Source: Camelus dromedarius
Taxonomy: Eukaryota
Reading direction: 5' to 3'
Assembly: GCF_036321535.1 (NCBI RefSeq)
Contig: NC_087454.1
Span: forward strand, 35,216,001 to 35,280,000
DNA: 64,000 nt
Shown piece by piece: positions 35,201 through 49,034 of the stretch. Below the pieces are notes generated by a model. It saw only the letters and a list, made by a program, of their open reading frames with translations. It was not told where the DNA came from and searched no databases. The position numbers were made by a program, and so were the translations under genes. Position 1 is the first letter of the stretch. Each line of letters starts with the position of its first letter.

Positions 35201-38192
35201 TCTGAGAGCGTGTAAATGCACATGTAACTACTGGGTTCCTGTCGTGTTCAGGGTTTCATTGATATGTGTGGTTTTGGGTTATATCACGTTTGGTTAAATC
35301 CATCCCCAAGCCTTGTTCATGCATGTCGCTCTGGGCCTAGTCTCCATTATTCTGTACAGAATTTTAGTTTATTTTGGGGGTGGGAGGGTCCAAATGCAAG
35401 CCTTCGCATTTCTTGGGGCTAAATTTAATCTAATTAGACTAAGCCCAATAGGGCTCCTGTAGCTGCCTTTTAAGAGATTTTTTTCCCCCACCTGATTTTC
35501 TTATAACTTACTTGCTAGTGTCAGGGACCCTGAAAACCAAAGAAAAAGGTGTCACCAAATAGAAGGAAAGCAGGAGCCGGAGACTGCACGTAGACCTCTG
35601 TCCGGCTGTGTGCTGGTGGTGTCACTTCCTGCTGACTATGCGGCCTCTCTGAACTTCCACCCCCACGCTCTTCTCTTGGTATGAGATGCAAACATCTCTC
35701 TTTCTCTCTCCCTCCCAGTCTTACAAATAAGGATGCGTCCACACGTGGCGACCATCTGGAACGGAGCTTGGCACATGGTAGGCACCTGCTGAGGAATGGC
35801 AGTGTCTTCAGCTCGTTAGTTACAGTGTTGCAGAGCGTGGAGCCTGGTACCCCGTGGTCATTCCTGCAGGTGGGCGACGAGCCCAGTGGCCAGCATCCTT
35901 TGCGCTGGCTTTGATTGTTCCGCCAGTTTCCTGTTCCCCGCTTTCCCCGCAGCCCGTCTCTGCATTTGTGCAGGGCACCGTGAGAGGTCTTCTCACACAC
36001 CGTGCTGAATTTCAGGTGCTCTCTTTAAGGACACAGGTAATTATTCAGGGTGTCATGCGACAGGAAGAAAGGCAAGACATTGACGTGTCCAGGCTTTAAA
36101 ATCACAGTTGGATAAAACAGAATTTGGAGAGGTGAGGTAGATATGCCCTGGGGACAGAGGAACAGGGCACCGCTGGATGTCAGTACCGTGGTTACGGGAG
36201 CCGTGGGCTCGACTTCCGCATCCCGCGGTGGCAGCCACTCAGGGGGACCTCCTTAAGGACCTGTTGCTTCCCTCGGTCTCTCTCCAGGTGTCTGAGCTTG
36301 TTTCCTCTCTGTCCTTCAGGGAGCACTCAAGAATCTCTCACCTGCACCAAGCTTTCTTTGAACTGTTGCAAGCCACATGATTCTTTTCCTCTGTTTTGTG
36401 CCTTTTGGAAGATGCAGCGTTCAGCTTGCAGAAGGTCACCCGTGTCACTGCCGGGCACCATTTGCATGCCCCGTGGGTCCCCACATGTCTGCCTCACTGG
36501 CATCTGCTTTTCCTCCGTGGATGGATCCGAGTGTGACTGTCCTGGGCTCCTTCCTCCGTAAGAATATTACCAGCTATGCTTTATGACAATAATGGACGAA
36601 TATAATCCAAGCTGGATTCATTAGGATTATATTATTTTTTTTTTTCCTTTTTATCTTAAAAGGAATGAGAACATTCTTGAGGGCTCTCAGAGTATCCTGG
36701 GCCCTCGGCCCTGGGCTGGCCAGTGTTGAAAGGCTCAGAGACTCTGTCCTGACAGCTACCTCCTCCTGGAGGGCCACCTGATTTCTGGTGGCTGTGCCTC
36801 CCCGTTTTCCATCCTCATTTACTCCAAGAATATTGGATGGTCCTGATGGCCGTCTAAGAAGGTGCTTTTCCCTTCTTCATCCCCTCTCTCTGCTTTCTTC
36901 CAGGCTGTTGTGCCTTGGTGGCCGTTCTCAGATTCTCTGCAGATTCCTGCCCAAGTAAAGACGGCTGTAAAGGGGCTGTTTTTTTCACTAACCGCTCCGA
37001 CCTGTTGCAAGGCCGACTTTGGAAAGACATCAAGGTTAATGCTTTTGCCTTCTAATTTGAGGCTCTTAACATATTTTAAAAAAATTTTTTTAATGTTGTG
37101 AGATCGTTCTGTTCTTTTCCATTTTGAATGGAGCCCACCAAAAGTATTTCGGTCTTGTCAATGATTACTTTGAAATGAAACTCATGAAACAGGATATAAT
37201 TTACTGGGCTTGTCATGAATTGAGAGCCTGTTTTTCTCTTTGTCGTGACCCTAGCTGTGTGTTTCCAGGGCCTGCTAAGAGCAGCTCATCTGCTGGTAAA
37301 GGTACGCAGGATGGCTCCTGGACAAGGAGAACACAGTGATCCCCAGAGCAGGACTGCAGAGGAGCGGGGAGGAGGCAGCAGTGGCGAAGACTCAGACACC
37401 ACAGTTCAAACTTGCCTCTGGAGTATTGAAACCAGTGGGCAGCCCTCAAGTCAGGGCCCACAAGAAGCCAGGGGAAGTACGCTGGGGTGAAGTCCAGCCT
37501 TGGAGTGGGAGAGGTCAGGGAGAAAGAGGATGAGGCTTATTCCATCAGCCTTGCTGTCTCCCCATCAGGATGGTGGCTTTGGCATTTGGAGAGCCAGACA
37601 CATCATTGGCATTTCCAGCGTGCTCACAAGTAAGCCACATGGATGGAGCCGTAAAGGCGAGGCTTTCTCAGCGTGGCCAGAGACCGCGAGTTGCCAGTGG
37701 GTGGCCAGGCAGGAGCCAGGTCCTTGCTGGGCACATGGACAGTGGACGGGTGGTTCAGTATTCTGTGGTTCACTCCGGATTATCAGCCACCTCCTCTGCC
37801 ACTGGCAAAGTGTTGAAATCCCATCGACTGTAACTAAATCCCCTCACTTCATTTTCCCGTCCTCGGTCCTGGTGGGATGTGCTGCTGCATCCCGGGAGGG
37901 CAGGATGGCTGCACAGAGGACTCCTCCGTCCCTCTTGTCCTCGCCCTTGCAGACATTTAATCCACATGTGTGTTCTTGGGAGACTTGAGTGTGTTCCCTT
38001 CCTGGGAGGGGGGGGGGAGGCTGAGCCCAGGAGAGGTGGGAGATTCTCTGTCCCGTGTTGCTCACGGTGACCACACCAGCCTCACCAGGACCTTGCCTCA
38101 CCAGGACCTGCCATTCCCGCTTGTAATGCTGTTCTTGTCTGTCAGGTTTACCTTTTATTTATTTGATTATTTTATTTTACTTCATTAAAAAA

Positions 38193-38321
38193 TTTTTTTT
38201 GATGTGGGAGGTAATTAGGTTTATTTATTTATATTTATTTTTTTAATGGAGATACTGGGGATTGAACCCAGGACCTCATGCATGCTAAACACGTGCTCTA
38301 CCACTGAGCTGTCCCCTCCCC
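38193..38321 (-). mobile_element. vic-1-type tRNA-Ala-derived SINE
   Basis: The reverse complement has a tRNA-like head (GGGGAGGGGACAGCTCAGTGGTAGAGCACGTGTTTAGCATGCATGAGGTCCTGGGTTCAATCCCCAG), then AAATAAACCTAATTACCTCCC and an A-tail. Confidence 0.88.
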
Positions 38322-40769
38322 TGAGACTTGTTTTTCAGACTTAAAAACAGAACAAGAACCTTCTAATCGCATGGGAAGTACTGATAGGAATCCATTAAAA
38401 TTCCATATTTGTAAGTTGCTTGTCACTCCTGAGGGAGGGCACGAATCCTTTCAAAAAGACCTCAATGTATTGCAGCCGGTGGCCTCGTGGCAAAGCCATG
38501 TTGATGCTGCCGCCTGGCCAGACTCTTTCTTTTCTCCTTCCTTCCAGTACCGTGAAAAGTCGTGCTTCGTTTTTGCCACCTGACCTGGCCAGTGCTTCCT
38601 GATTTTTCTTCTCATTCACCTGGCGGGGGTGGGGTGGGGGGCTGTGACATCACATTCTGGTGAGTTTGGACGCCGAATTCTGATCCCCTGGTAACCTGCC
38701 AGTTGCTTCGCTGCCTCTTGCAAATGCCGTATGTGGTGCTAGTTAATGACAGGCCAGAGTGAGCATCACCAGCTGTTCTCTCAGAACCCGGGTGCATTTT
38801 GAGTGGGACGCAGAGCAGGCACAGGGAAACTGTACTTGCAGAATCTCAGGGTCAAGTTGCCACCTCCTAGGTCAACCACCCGTCTAATTCCCCAGTGCCA
38901 TCACGGAACTGCAGTAAGTAGTCCCCTGGCCTGTGCTTGGGCAGGGAGCTCGCTGTATCCCCAGCACATTTTAGTTCAGTATATAGATGGGCCTTTTTCT
39001 TCCTTTAGTGTCCCTTTGGTTTTCATTTGTTCAGCCATCAGATTCCCGAGCCCTTCTGCCTGGAGATCACACATTAGCAGGTCTGAGGCGGGGCCTCGGA
39101 GCCCACGTATCTACGGAACGCCCCAGTAATTCCTAAAATCCGTGGCTTTGGTTCTTCGTGTTTTGACAGCAAAGCTGCACCCTGGGCAGGGGTTGTGGGT
39201 GTGGGGCTGAGGATGCTTGCAAAGCAGAGCTGGGCACCAGACATCCCGAGTGGGAACTTGGAATTCATCTTCTAATCCATGCTTTATTAAAAAAAAAAAA
39301 CAGTCAAAACAGCATCGCGTCTCGTCCCTGGACACGTCAACTGTCTGGGGTGTGGCAGACCTGTGGGAGGTTCCCAGGGACACTTGTCACCACAGAGGGC
39401 GTCTTCACCTGGTGAGGGGGCAGAGACAAGATGCTTTGGGAAGCAGTTTTCACTTTGCCCAGGTGATGGGGTAAAAAGGAGAGGTTGGGGCCTTTGGGGT
39501 AAGATGTTGGTAGCCAGAGAAAGGTGTTGGGGACAGTTGGGACCTGCTGGGTAGCAGACGATTCCTGGGGCCAGACAGGCCACTGGGAAGTCATGGGCAG
39601 AGGTTGGATCGGACGTGGGACTTGCAGACAGAGAAGCTGGGTGTGAGGTGTGGCTTACATGCCCTGGTATCCTTCTGAAGTTCAGTTCAGTTCATTTCAC
39701 TGATTGCTCACTGGGCAGTTCTGTTGTGAGATGTGAGGGAGCACTTGATATGCTGCCAAAACCTATGGAAATGTTGATGGTTATACACACTCCCAGGGTA
39801 GGAGCGCCCCTCCGGAGTACGTGCTTGGTTCTGCACGCACCAGTCGGCCGCTGGAGGCTTCGGGGAGACACATCTGTACTCCAGGGGGTCAACTCAGTCC
39901 CACGTGTAGTGCTGCTCCCGTGTGGGCGGGGGTGCCTTCCGAGCATCCACTTCTGACCTCACATGTGTTTTTGGAACATCACCCATCCGAGTGGGGAGGC
40001 TCTTGGTTCAAGGCCAAGGAGAAGAGACGTGGGCACTTTGTCTCACCTGCCTGCCTTCTTTTTTCTTCCTTTCTCATAATTCGCATCATGGGCTGTTGGC
40101 CCCGGAAGGGAGTGCAGAGACCTATTTGAGACCCTTTGCTACTAGTTATCCTGGGGCCAGCCTGAAGGAGCGGTGCCCCAGGGCAACCCCTGGGATCCCC
40201 TTTCCAGAGCTGTCTCCATGGACACTGCCCTCCTCCGGGCCCCCTCCCACCTGTGTGCCTCTGGGCCCAGGCTAGGCCCACCCTCAAGTCTGGACCAACG
40301 TGGATTCCACTCTCTGGGTTACTGAGCCTCCCCCAGATCCTTCCAGCCCTGTCGTGTACGTTTCAGTTCATGCCTCTGCTTTATTTTGTTTCTGATGATG
40401 TGATGAGCGGAAATACTTCTTTTGAAGTTACTTTGCTGTGTTTGGATCGTAGCGTGAGTACTTGGTAGACTGGAGCCACTGGACTCGTTAACTGGTATTT
40501 AAGGTCTCTTCACCAGATCCTTTAAGTGTTTGGTCTCAGCCGTCTGTTGACTTGTGTGTGTGTGTAATGTCTTTTTGTTTGTGGTCTTTCTCTGCTTTTG
40601 AAAACAACAGAAGTCTTAAAATGTCTGGGCATGATTCTTGTCTAGCTCTTGACTCCATCCTCACGGTGTAATCCGGGGGCAGCAAGATGTTATCATTGGA
40701 CCTAAATTTCTTACACTTGAAAAGCTTGAGTAGCTTGGATACACAGGAGGGCGTGGTTTATGGTGGTGT

Positions 40770-41200
40770 AACAGTAATAATTATAGCTAACGTTTGTTAA
40801 ACTTTTCTCACGTAGGCACTGCTCTAAATGCTTGACCTGTGTCCACTCATGTAAGTGTCACCACAATTCTGTGAGGGACAGGGACTGTTATCACCCCCTC
40901 TGACAGATGAAGAAACTGGGGCACAGAGAGGTTAAGCTGCTTTCGTGAGGTCACACAGACAGCCGGTAACTGGGGGAGCTGCGTCTGCAGACTTCAGACT
41001 CCACAGTGCTTCTTGGCCCTGCTGTTTATGGTAGACAGGGAGGGACTTTGGACGTGAGTTTGAATCCTGGCGCCGACACACCTGTGTAAACTGGGCCCAG
41101 GTGTGTCACCTGTCCATGCTGCAGTTTCATTATTTGTGAAATGACAGTAGCGGCCAGGAGTAGAGTGGTTTTTAAGATTCAGGGAGGTGAGGTTCGCAGA
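40770..41200. mobile_element. Two adjacent MIR SINEs in opposite orientation
   Basis: 40770-41010 is antisense (..cagatgaagaaactggggcacagagaggttaag..); 41040-41200 is sense (..tttgaatcctggcgcc..gcagtttcattatttgtgaaatg..). Confidence 0.65.
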
Positions 41201-42894
41201 GCCTCGTACCTGGTGCGTTAAAGACGCTGCTTCTTAGTTTAGAACCGCTTTTGTGAAAAGTAAGAGTGTTGAAAGTTTTTGTAATCAGACTTTCAAAGTC
41301 CACTCTGGTAATGCAGCATTTTAATCTGAAATTGCTTTGACCTATGCCTGCGCCATGTTCTTCCTTAAAAGAAGTTTTTGCTGTGTGGTCAGTCAGTGGT
41401 GCCAGGCTGTGGAAGGTGCTTTCCAGAGAGACAAGCAGGTGGTGGTGTGGGATCAGGCCAGCACCCCCTGGGCTGCTGATGGGATGGTGTAGTGTGGGGT
41501 GAAGGAATGCCCTGGTTTCCTTCTGTCATGTGCATCTGGGTAAAAAGCTGGACTCTGGGCTGGGAGCTGGAGGCCGGGGGAGTGTTGGCACAGAAGCCAT
41601 CAGGCCAGGGCTGCCTGCAGAAATTTCCCCAGGGGCTTATGGGGAATGGTTCATGCCATTGTACCTGGACGCCTGGGAGCTCTGGCTTGTCTCCTGGATG
41701 TCCAGGAGCTGAGGGGAGGCAGCTGTCTCTCATACTTTCCTTTGGGATCCCTTCAGGAGTTCTCTTTTTCTCCAGTGTTCTTTCTGGCCCCGAGAGAGCT
41801 TTCCGGCCCCGAGCACTCTAGGTGATGCACCGAGTGAGTGCTTATCCCGGGGCAGCAAGCAGCTGGCCAGCAGCGCGTGCACGCCGCTGGGACTTCTTTG
41901 CAGGGCTTGGTGGTGATGGACGAGCCGCGTCCTCAGATGCCGAGCTTTGCGAGTGGAGCGGCCGGGATGTGGGCCTCAGGGCCCCGCCCTGCATCCCTGC
42001 ACGTTCTGATGTTAAACAGACACTGGGCACGTCCAGGTGGCCTCTCACCACGCTTGCTGGTAAACAGCAAAAATAAAATGTAAAGAATGTCGAAAAGGGC
42101 AGCCCGAAGAAGTGGCAGTGAGAGAACTCTGCCCGTCCTCCTGGCTCTGAAAGCCTTTCATCAGAAGGAGCTGCCGCCCATGGGGGTCGCACACTTTCCG
42201 CTGGGCGCTCACGGCTTCTCTTGTTCCTTCGACAGTGGGGCAGTTCAGAGAGCTTTCCACATTAGGCCTGGGGTTTGCAGTTCTTCATCTGGATTAACGT
42301 TAGAATTTAATACCCAGTTCAGTTTGTGAGACTAAAGTGTGGCGATCAGCGTGAGCTCTGTTGTGTTTTTGCAAAACTGTTTGTGAGTTGCTAGGGAATC
42401 TGCTCTTGGTTTTTTCCATCTTGCTTTTCACACGGCTGTGTGGGTCGGCCAGGAGGAAACGGCGTGAACTTAGAGTGTGAGAAGTTTAAACACGAGAGAG
42501 AGTCTGTTTTGAAGATGCATGGGCCGTTCTTATAGGAGCTTTAAGCACGTTGGAACCCAGGCCTGTCGAGGTGGACAGACACGCTTGTACTGAAGTCCCT
42601 GAACTACGCAGTTTTAATCTTAAGTTGTGATGATAGAAATGCCCAAATACATGTCGTAGCTCCTGTGTGTTTGGGATCTATTAGAAAATGTTTTGGGGTG
42701 CATTTAAACCCTTCTCCACTTTTAAGGTCGACAGTGATCACTGTATTTCTAAATGCCTGAAATCTGGTTAGAGCCTCGCAGGGACCTCTTCCTCTGTGCA
42801 AAGACCGAATTGTGTATTTAAATTGTTTGGAGCCCTGTGAGGCTTCAGCAGATATGTGTCCTATGTTTGGGTTATTTCTTCTCTTGGGTTTGCT

Positions 42895-42985
42895 ATATTG
42901 CAAATATATATGTATTTTATATTGCAAATATATATATATATATATATATGTAATTGCTATATATAATATGTATATATAAATATAC
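42895..42985. repeat. (AT)n low-complexity tract with internal duplication
   Basis: TATATTGCAAATATATA occurs twice, followed by a (TA)n run. Confidence 0.85.
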
Positions 42986-44504
42986 TTTTTTGTTTTTTTA
43001 AACATTTATTAGTTTATTGTTTCTACAAAATGCATTAGTCATCATTTAAATATCTGACATCATTAGAAATCATTTTAACATTTTTTTCTCCCTCCTGCCA
43101 TAAAAATACACTAAGTAATTTGCTTAAAAAAGAAAGCTATGAACAAGTGTTGTGGTTTCCTCTCCCTCACCTAATACGCACCTCAGTGACAGCAGTTTGT
43201 GTATTAATAACACAGTGGGCTGAAGGCTGAGCTTCAGATGCTCTTCCACTTCCAAGTGCAGTGTGTATGTACATAAACACACATCTGTACACCGAGCAGT
43301 TATGTACATGGTGCTATACTTGTTAATGCACTCCCTCCTGTTTCGGGAAAGTCCTTCGACAATTCCTTGAAACAAACCCTCCAAAATAAATATGCCCTGA
43401 TGACTCCCGATGCAGGGCTGACCCCAGGCAGTGGCATGTTGGACATGGATTCTGGGCTGTAATGTGTCGATGAAACGAGTGAGTCTGGCGCCCCCCCGCC
43501 CCCCCCCCCCCCCCCGCCAACCCTTCAGCATCTCTTGACGGTGGTTTAAAACAGTGTGGTCCTCGGAAGCGTTACTGAGAACGAGAGACGACTTCTTCTT
43601 CCCCCTAATTACACTTTCCCCCTAGTGTAATTAGGTTGCACTGACAATGCCAGTCAGTGTCGCCTTGGGAGACTATGGGTCGTTTCTTTGTTTTGTTTTG
43701 ATTTAATTTATCTCAAATCACGTTGATGGGCGTTCTGAAATTCCTCCCCTAAAATCAAATGTTTTGTGAGTTTTTTAAACGTGTCTCATCCTTTGGGTCT
43801 CTCACCTGCCTCTCTATTAGGGGCCCGGGGTCTTGACCCCAGCCCCGCACATCCTCTGTCCACATCTGACCACACGCAGGGCCTCTCGTGCCAACCAGAG
43901 AGTGAAGCAGGTGCTCCCTTTCTCACTGGAGGGCCGGGTTTGGAAGCGGGTCCCTGGGCAGGTGGTGTCCGACAGCCCAGGGTGGGCCGGCTCGTATTCT
44001 TTCAGTTCCACCAGGACTGCCCTGCTGCTGGGTAATGGCTCCTCCTTTGCCTCCAAAAGTAGACCAAGCCTTTTTCTTTTTTTAATATGCCTTTTAAAAA
44101 AACTTATGGATTAGTTTATTAAGAAGCAAAAATGGTGATGTAAGTAGGTCTAAGAGCCTATCCTTCTACAGAAATATAAAAAGAATCCAGAAAAGCTGTC
44201 CAAATCACGTTTGTTAGAACTCTGAAAAACTATCCAAAGCTTATAGCAACCAAGGCAACTCTTACTGCCTTCTGTAGATTCTTATTTTGTAGCTGGCTTT
44301 ATTCCTTTGATAACTATGTAAGTTTAAAAAGCTAAAGATCTAATCTCTTCTTAGAAACAGTAATTAGTACATATATGTAAACTAAAAAGAAGTGCAGAGT
44401 ACTGTATATATGTATGTAAATGCAATATAATGAGCATGTGCCGTCAAACTAATAATTCTACATAATAAAACTGAAAAAGAGAAAAAAATAAAATAAAAGT
44501 TGTT

Positions 44505-44618
44505 TTAAAATTGAAGTAGAGTTGATTTACAATGTTGTGTTAGTTTCTGGTGTACAGCATAGTGATTCAGTTATTCATATACATATTCTCTTTCAGATTC
44601 TTTTCCATTATAGGTTAT
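44505..44618 (-). mobile_element. Cetartiodactyl-type L1 3' tip
   Basis: gaagtagagttgatttacaatgttgtgttagtttctggtgtacagcatagtgattcag..cagattcttttccattataggttat. Confidence 0.85.
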
Positions 44619-45183
44619 CACCGGCTATTTCTATGCCTTTTTTCCTCTGTCATATTATAAACTTGTGTCACATTTCTGCCTGCTGCCTCCCCTGTCCCTT
44701 TCGGCCTTCCCCGTTGCCTAGGGTTTTATCTGGAGTTACTCCTCCAGCCCCAGGATCCTCTTGGAGTTACTCATTGTCTTATCTGCCCGGATTTCTTCCT
44801 TTTCAGGGCTGCTGTCTCTGCAGTACCGCTGTGTGCACTTACATGCGGGTTCGTTAGCGCGTTCTTTCCCTTCCTGCAGCATCAGGACCATCCTAGTGTT
44901 ACCCATCCCAGCCCCCTCCCCCTTCCTGTGACTTTGCTTCACTTAGCTAATTAGAATACAGTTGCACAAATGTTTTGTTTGTGAGTTACCTGAGCACTTA
45001 CTACTTTGTGGTCCTCTAACGTGGCTGTTCTTTGGATTTTCCCTGCTAGAATGTTGTTAACTGGCAGCAGTGTTGGGGGAGCCACTAAATGTTGCAAAAA
45101 CCTCAATTTCCTCATCTGTGAACTGGAGGTAAAACACTTTACCTCATTGGTGCATAGAGGAATTCAGTTAAATAAAAGTGTCT

Positions 45184-45770
45184 ACAAAAACTTCAATTCG
45201 AAAGGATACGTGCACCTCAATGTTCACAGCAGCACTATTTACAATAGCCAAGACATGGAAACAACCTAAATGTCCATTGACAATGACTGGGTAAAGAAGT
45301 TGTGGTATATTTTTTACAATGGAGTACTACTCAGCCATAAAAAAGAATAAAATAATGCTATTTGCAGCAACATGAATGGACCTGGAGATTGTCATACTAA
45401 ATGAAGTAAGTCAAATAGAGAAAGATAAATATATGAGATCACTTATATGCGGAATCTTAAAAAATGAGACAAATGTACTTATTTACAAGATAGAAACAGA
45501 CTCACAGACACAGAAAGCAAATTTATGGTTACCAGGGGAGAAAAAGGGGGAGGGTTAATTTGGGATTTGGGATTAACAGATACACACCACCATGTATAAA
45601 ATAGATAAACAACAAGGACCTACTGTATATATACCACAGGGAAGTATACTCAATATCTTGTAATAACCTATAATGGAAAAGAATCTGAAAAAGATTGTAT
45701 GACTGAATCACTTTGCTGTGCACTTGAAACTAATATAACATTACAAATCAACTACACTTCAATAAAAATC
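45184..45770 (+). mobile_element. Cetartiodactyl-type L1 3' end, sense in intron 1, inserted into a MIR
   Basis: ORF2 end (..MFTAALFTIAKTWKQPKCP..) plus 3' UTR, flanked by the 9-bp duplication AAAGTGTCT (45175-45183 and 45771-45779); MIR core cctcaatttcctcatctgtgaa just upstream. Confidence 0.9.
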
Positions 45771-45864
45771 AAAGTGTCTGTGTGTCCCTAGCCTAGTCTT
45801 TCATGACCAAAAGGGATCCATTCTTTATTGACTTCTACCAATTCTGTGCATGATTCGACATCTT

Positions 45865-46055
45865 TTTTGAGATGTAATTCACATGCCATACAATTTGCCC
45901 ATTTGAAGTGCACAATTCAGTGGGTTTTGGATGTTTGTGGGGTTGTGCAGCCATTACCATGATTAATTTTAGAGTGTCTCCATCACCCTGAAAGGAACCT
46001 CATACCCATTAGTAGTAATTTCCTGTTTCCTAGGCAGCCACTAATCTACTTTCTG
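45865..46055 (-). mobile_element. Old L1 (L1MB-type) 3' end
   Basis: ttttgagatgtaattcacatgccatacaatttgcccatttgaagtgcacaattcagtgg..ggcagccactaatctactttctgt. Confidence 0.75.
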
Positions 46056-46203
46056 TAATTTTATGCATTTTTACCATCATGCTTATTATATTGAGTGCTA
46101 ATAGGATTTTCATGTTTCTTATGGTACATTGAAGGTATTTTGAAATGCAGTCCTAATATTTTTAGAACTGAAAAGAGCCCTCTGACCATTTAATGCTTAC
46201 TTC

Positions 46204-46278
46204 TTTTTTTTTTTTTTTTAATTGAAGTACCATCAATTACAGTGTGTCAATTTCTGGTGTAGAGCATAATGTTCCAGT
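46204..46278 (-). mobile_element. Young L1 3' tip with target-site duplication
   Basis: T-tract + gaagtaccatcaattacagtgtgtcaatttctggtgtagagc.., the same subfamily as 3638-3751, flanked by ATGCTTACTTC / ATGCTTATTTC. Confidence 0.75.
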
Positions 46279-46984
46279 CATGCTTATTTCTTACACAAGG
46301 AAACGGAGGACCAGAGAAGTCAAGTGACTCACCCGGGAGCATACCCATTCCCCTCTTCTTTACCAAAACACACTAAAAAAGTGTCTTATTAACACTTATT
46401 TCATCAGTAGTCCTTATTTTTGAGTCTTTGCTAAAACCATTTCAAATTCAAATTTGGGTGTGAGATATGCTTGTTTGAATTCTCTGCTTTAGCCAATGGA
46501 TCTTTTTAATATTCTGTGAAAATTTCTTGGGTTTTCCCCTTTATTATAACTTTCTCATGTATCAAAAATCTTGTCAACCAATGTTTATTCATAATATTAA
46601 TGTATTTTTCTGTTTAACTTTCCTTTAGAAAAATCATTGCTCTGTGATTAACCATAGAATTTGCTGGGATAATCTGTGTAGTTTTTACATGGCACACCTG
46701 AGGATTCTATGCCATCTTGTGGTAGAGCGTTTACTCTACCAGATTTCCCCAAGAGTCCTCACAGACTCTTTGCCCCTTTCAAACGCTGCTCAGAGAGCTT
46801 TGTGTAAGAAGCCATACTATCATAAGGGAGAGGAAAGAGGCCTGTGGAGAACAGAGGGGCTCCAGCTGGTGCTGGCACTGCTGCCAGACTGGAAGAGTTA
46901 GACCAGGGGGGATCTCCACCCCTTCTGACCCTCTAGCTGAGTGTAACTGCATGAGTGAGGTCAGGTGAAAAGAGCAGAGGAACT

Positions 46985-47090
46985 GCCCAGGCACCCCACG
47001 GAAATGTGAGAAGAGAAAAAAACTCGTGTTGTTTTTGAGTCACTAAGTTTGGGATGATTTGTTACGCAGCAGTGGCTGACTGATACACAC
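46985..47090 (+). mobile_element. MaLR LTR (MLT1) 3' terminal fragment
   Basis: ..cactaagtttgggatgatttgttacgcagcagtggctgactgataca, an MLT1 terminus. Confidence 0.7.
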
Positions 47091-49034
47091 AGGTGCCAGT
47101 GTTGTAGAGACATTGAGATGATTAGAGAGTGTAATCCAGAAGAAGGGTTTATAAGCTTGTTGAGTTTTCTTCCCTGACTTTCTGAGGAAGTCAAAAACTT
47201 GAAGATTTAACGGATCTTAGTGGCTTGTGTCTGTATTATAAGAATACAGTTAATTTAAAGCATTTGAATGCCAAATTAAGATCCCATCAGGATAATAAGA
47301 CAAGGATTGAGGAGTTACTGTTTTCATCTTGGGATGCTGTCAGAGAGGATTGTTTTTCCATCCGGTATGTGCTTCCCCAGTTGAATAAAGAGTGTTTGTG
47401 ACAGGCTTTCTTTGAGGATGCTTTTAACATGCAGAACAAAACTTAAATTTGCTTGCCATTGGAATTTCTATTGGATGAGGAGCTTTGTAGGCTGTCATTT
47501 CCCCCAACGTAAACCTAACTTATTATTCACTGTAGATCTGAGTCTCTAATTGACTTGATTTCTCATATTATTTCTGACTGGTCCCTGAATGTATGGCTTT
47601 GGGGATGGTTTTTGTGCTGTTGCTATTATGCCTTTCCTGGAAAACAAAGTGAGCTTTTCATGCTTGAGTAAACACACGGATGCATTATGAAACTGTCAGA
47701 CTCTCGGAACAATTGGCATAAGCTCAGTTATTCAAATGTGACTCTTTTGAATGGCTTTTGTATCAGCTAATGCTTTAGTATAATGCAGCCTAAGGAAATG
47801 TAAGTACCTTTCCTTAAGAAATTAAATTTCAGCTCTACGATTAAAGAAATCCAAAGGATTAGACCTTTTGTTGAGCACTTTCGTTATCATATGCAGCTAA
47901 TTGGTAGCATTCATTTGCTGAGATGCATAGTTCATTTTATTTTGAAATGTCTTTCCTTTTTTTTCCCTTAAAAAAATAAAGTTGTTCATGCCTTTCCTTT
48001 ATTGCCCTGCACAACTTCCACACTCCCACAACCCTGCCCTGCTATGATCCCTTCCCCGCACGCACACCTTGTTTTTTCACATAGTGTACCTGCCATCTTG
48101 TTTTCTTTTTAAATTCTATTTGCATCGTAAATCTTTTTCAAGTTCTGTGGTGTTTATAGCGATCGATTTTGTTCTTTGCTTACTAGTGAATTACTAGTGA
48201 TATGCTAATCATTTCCCTTCTTTGACATGTTTTTCATTTTTAGTGGTGAGAATGTGAAGGCATATTATGCATTGTAGCATGTTGTTCTTATCTGCAAGTA
48301 TTTCATTTATGAGAATGGATGCCCCAAAGTATTGTTCTTATGTCAATGGACTTGAAGACTTGTTACAGTTTGTGTATTGCCCAACTGATTTCTAAAAAGA
48401 GGATAACTTCTTTTTGATCATAGAAGTTACAATCCCTTGTACCCAAAAAAGAAAAAAAAAAGATGAAGCTTATTAAATGCGAGCATCCTTCAAAATTATC
48501 ATTTGGAGCGCCCTGTACTCTTAGCAGAGCCTTTTTCCTTTATAAATTCAAGTTCTGTTTTTACCAAAGTAATATATGCAAGTAATTTTTGAAAAATCCA
48601 AGAAGTCGCATCAGGATCAGTGAGGGGTTGCAGCCTCGTGCCCCCCTCCCCCAACTCCAGGCTCTGGGTTTTGAGAACCCCCAGCTCTTGGTGTGTCTAC
48701 GGACATCTGCCTCCACATCCCTAAATGGCTTGCTTTTACAGTTTGTTCTCCTACCCCCACTTTTTAGCTATTTATTGATTTTCTTCTATGGAAGATGAGT
48801 CTTTAGCACTTAGAGTTTCTTTCACATCCTTTCAATATTGACGTAATAAAAATTTTGTTCTAAATATATATGTCTTAAAATCTTATGACTATTGAAGTAT
48901 TGTTCACAACCAAATCTTATTATTTCTGCTATGATTATGTCTTATACTATTTATTTTTCCTGGAATTAATAACTCTCCTTTTTTGCTTGCTTTGTTTTCT
49001 CTATTTCAATTTCTCTTTTTTTTTTTGTCCAACT

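Noticed and set aside
35426-35436. Paired-homeodomain P3 site TAATCTAATTA; likewise isolated GGGAATTTCC (49414-49423), ATGCAAAT (6751-6758) and CTCF-like TGCCACCTAGCAG (52621-52633)
   Set aside because: Isolated 8-13-nt motifs are expected at about this frequency by chance, with no supporting context.
44280-44500. Possible retrocopied mRNA 3' end (AATAAA + A-rich tail)
   Set aside because: AATAAA is only ~4 nt from the A-rich tract, no target duplication was found and no source is recognisable. A BLAST search would be needed.
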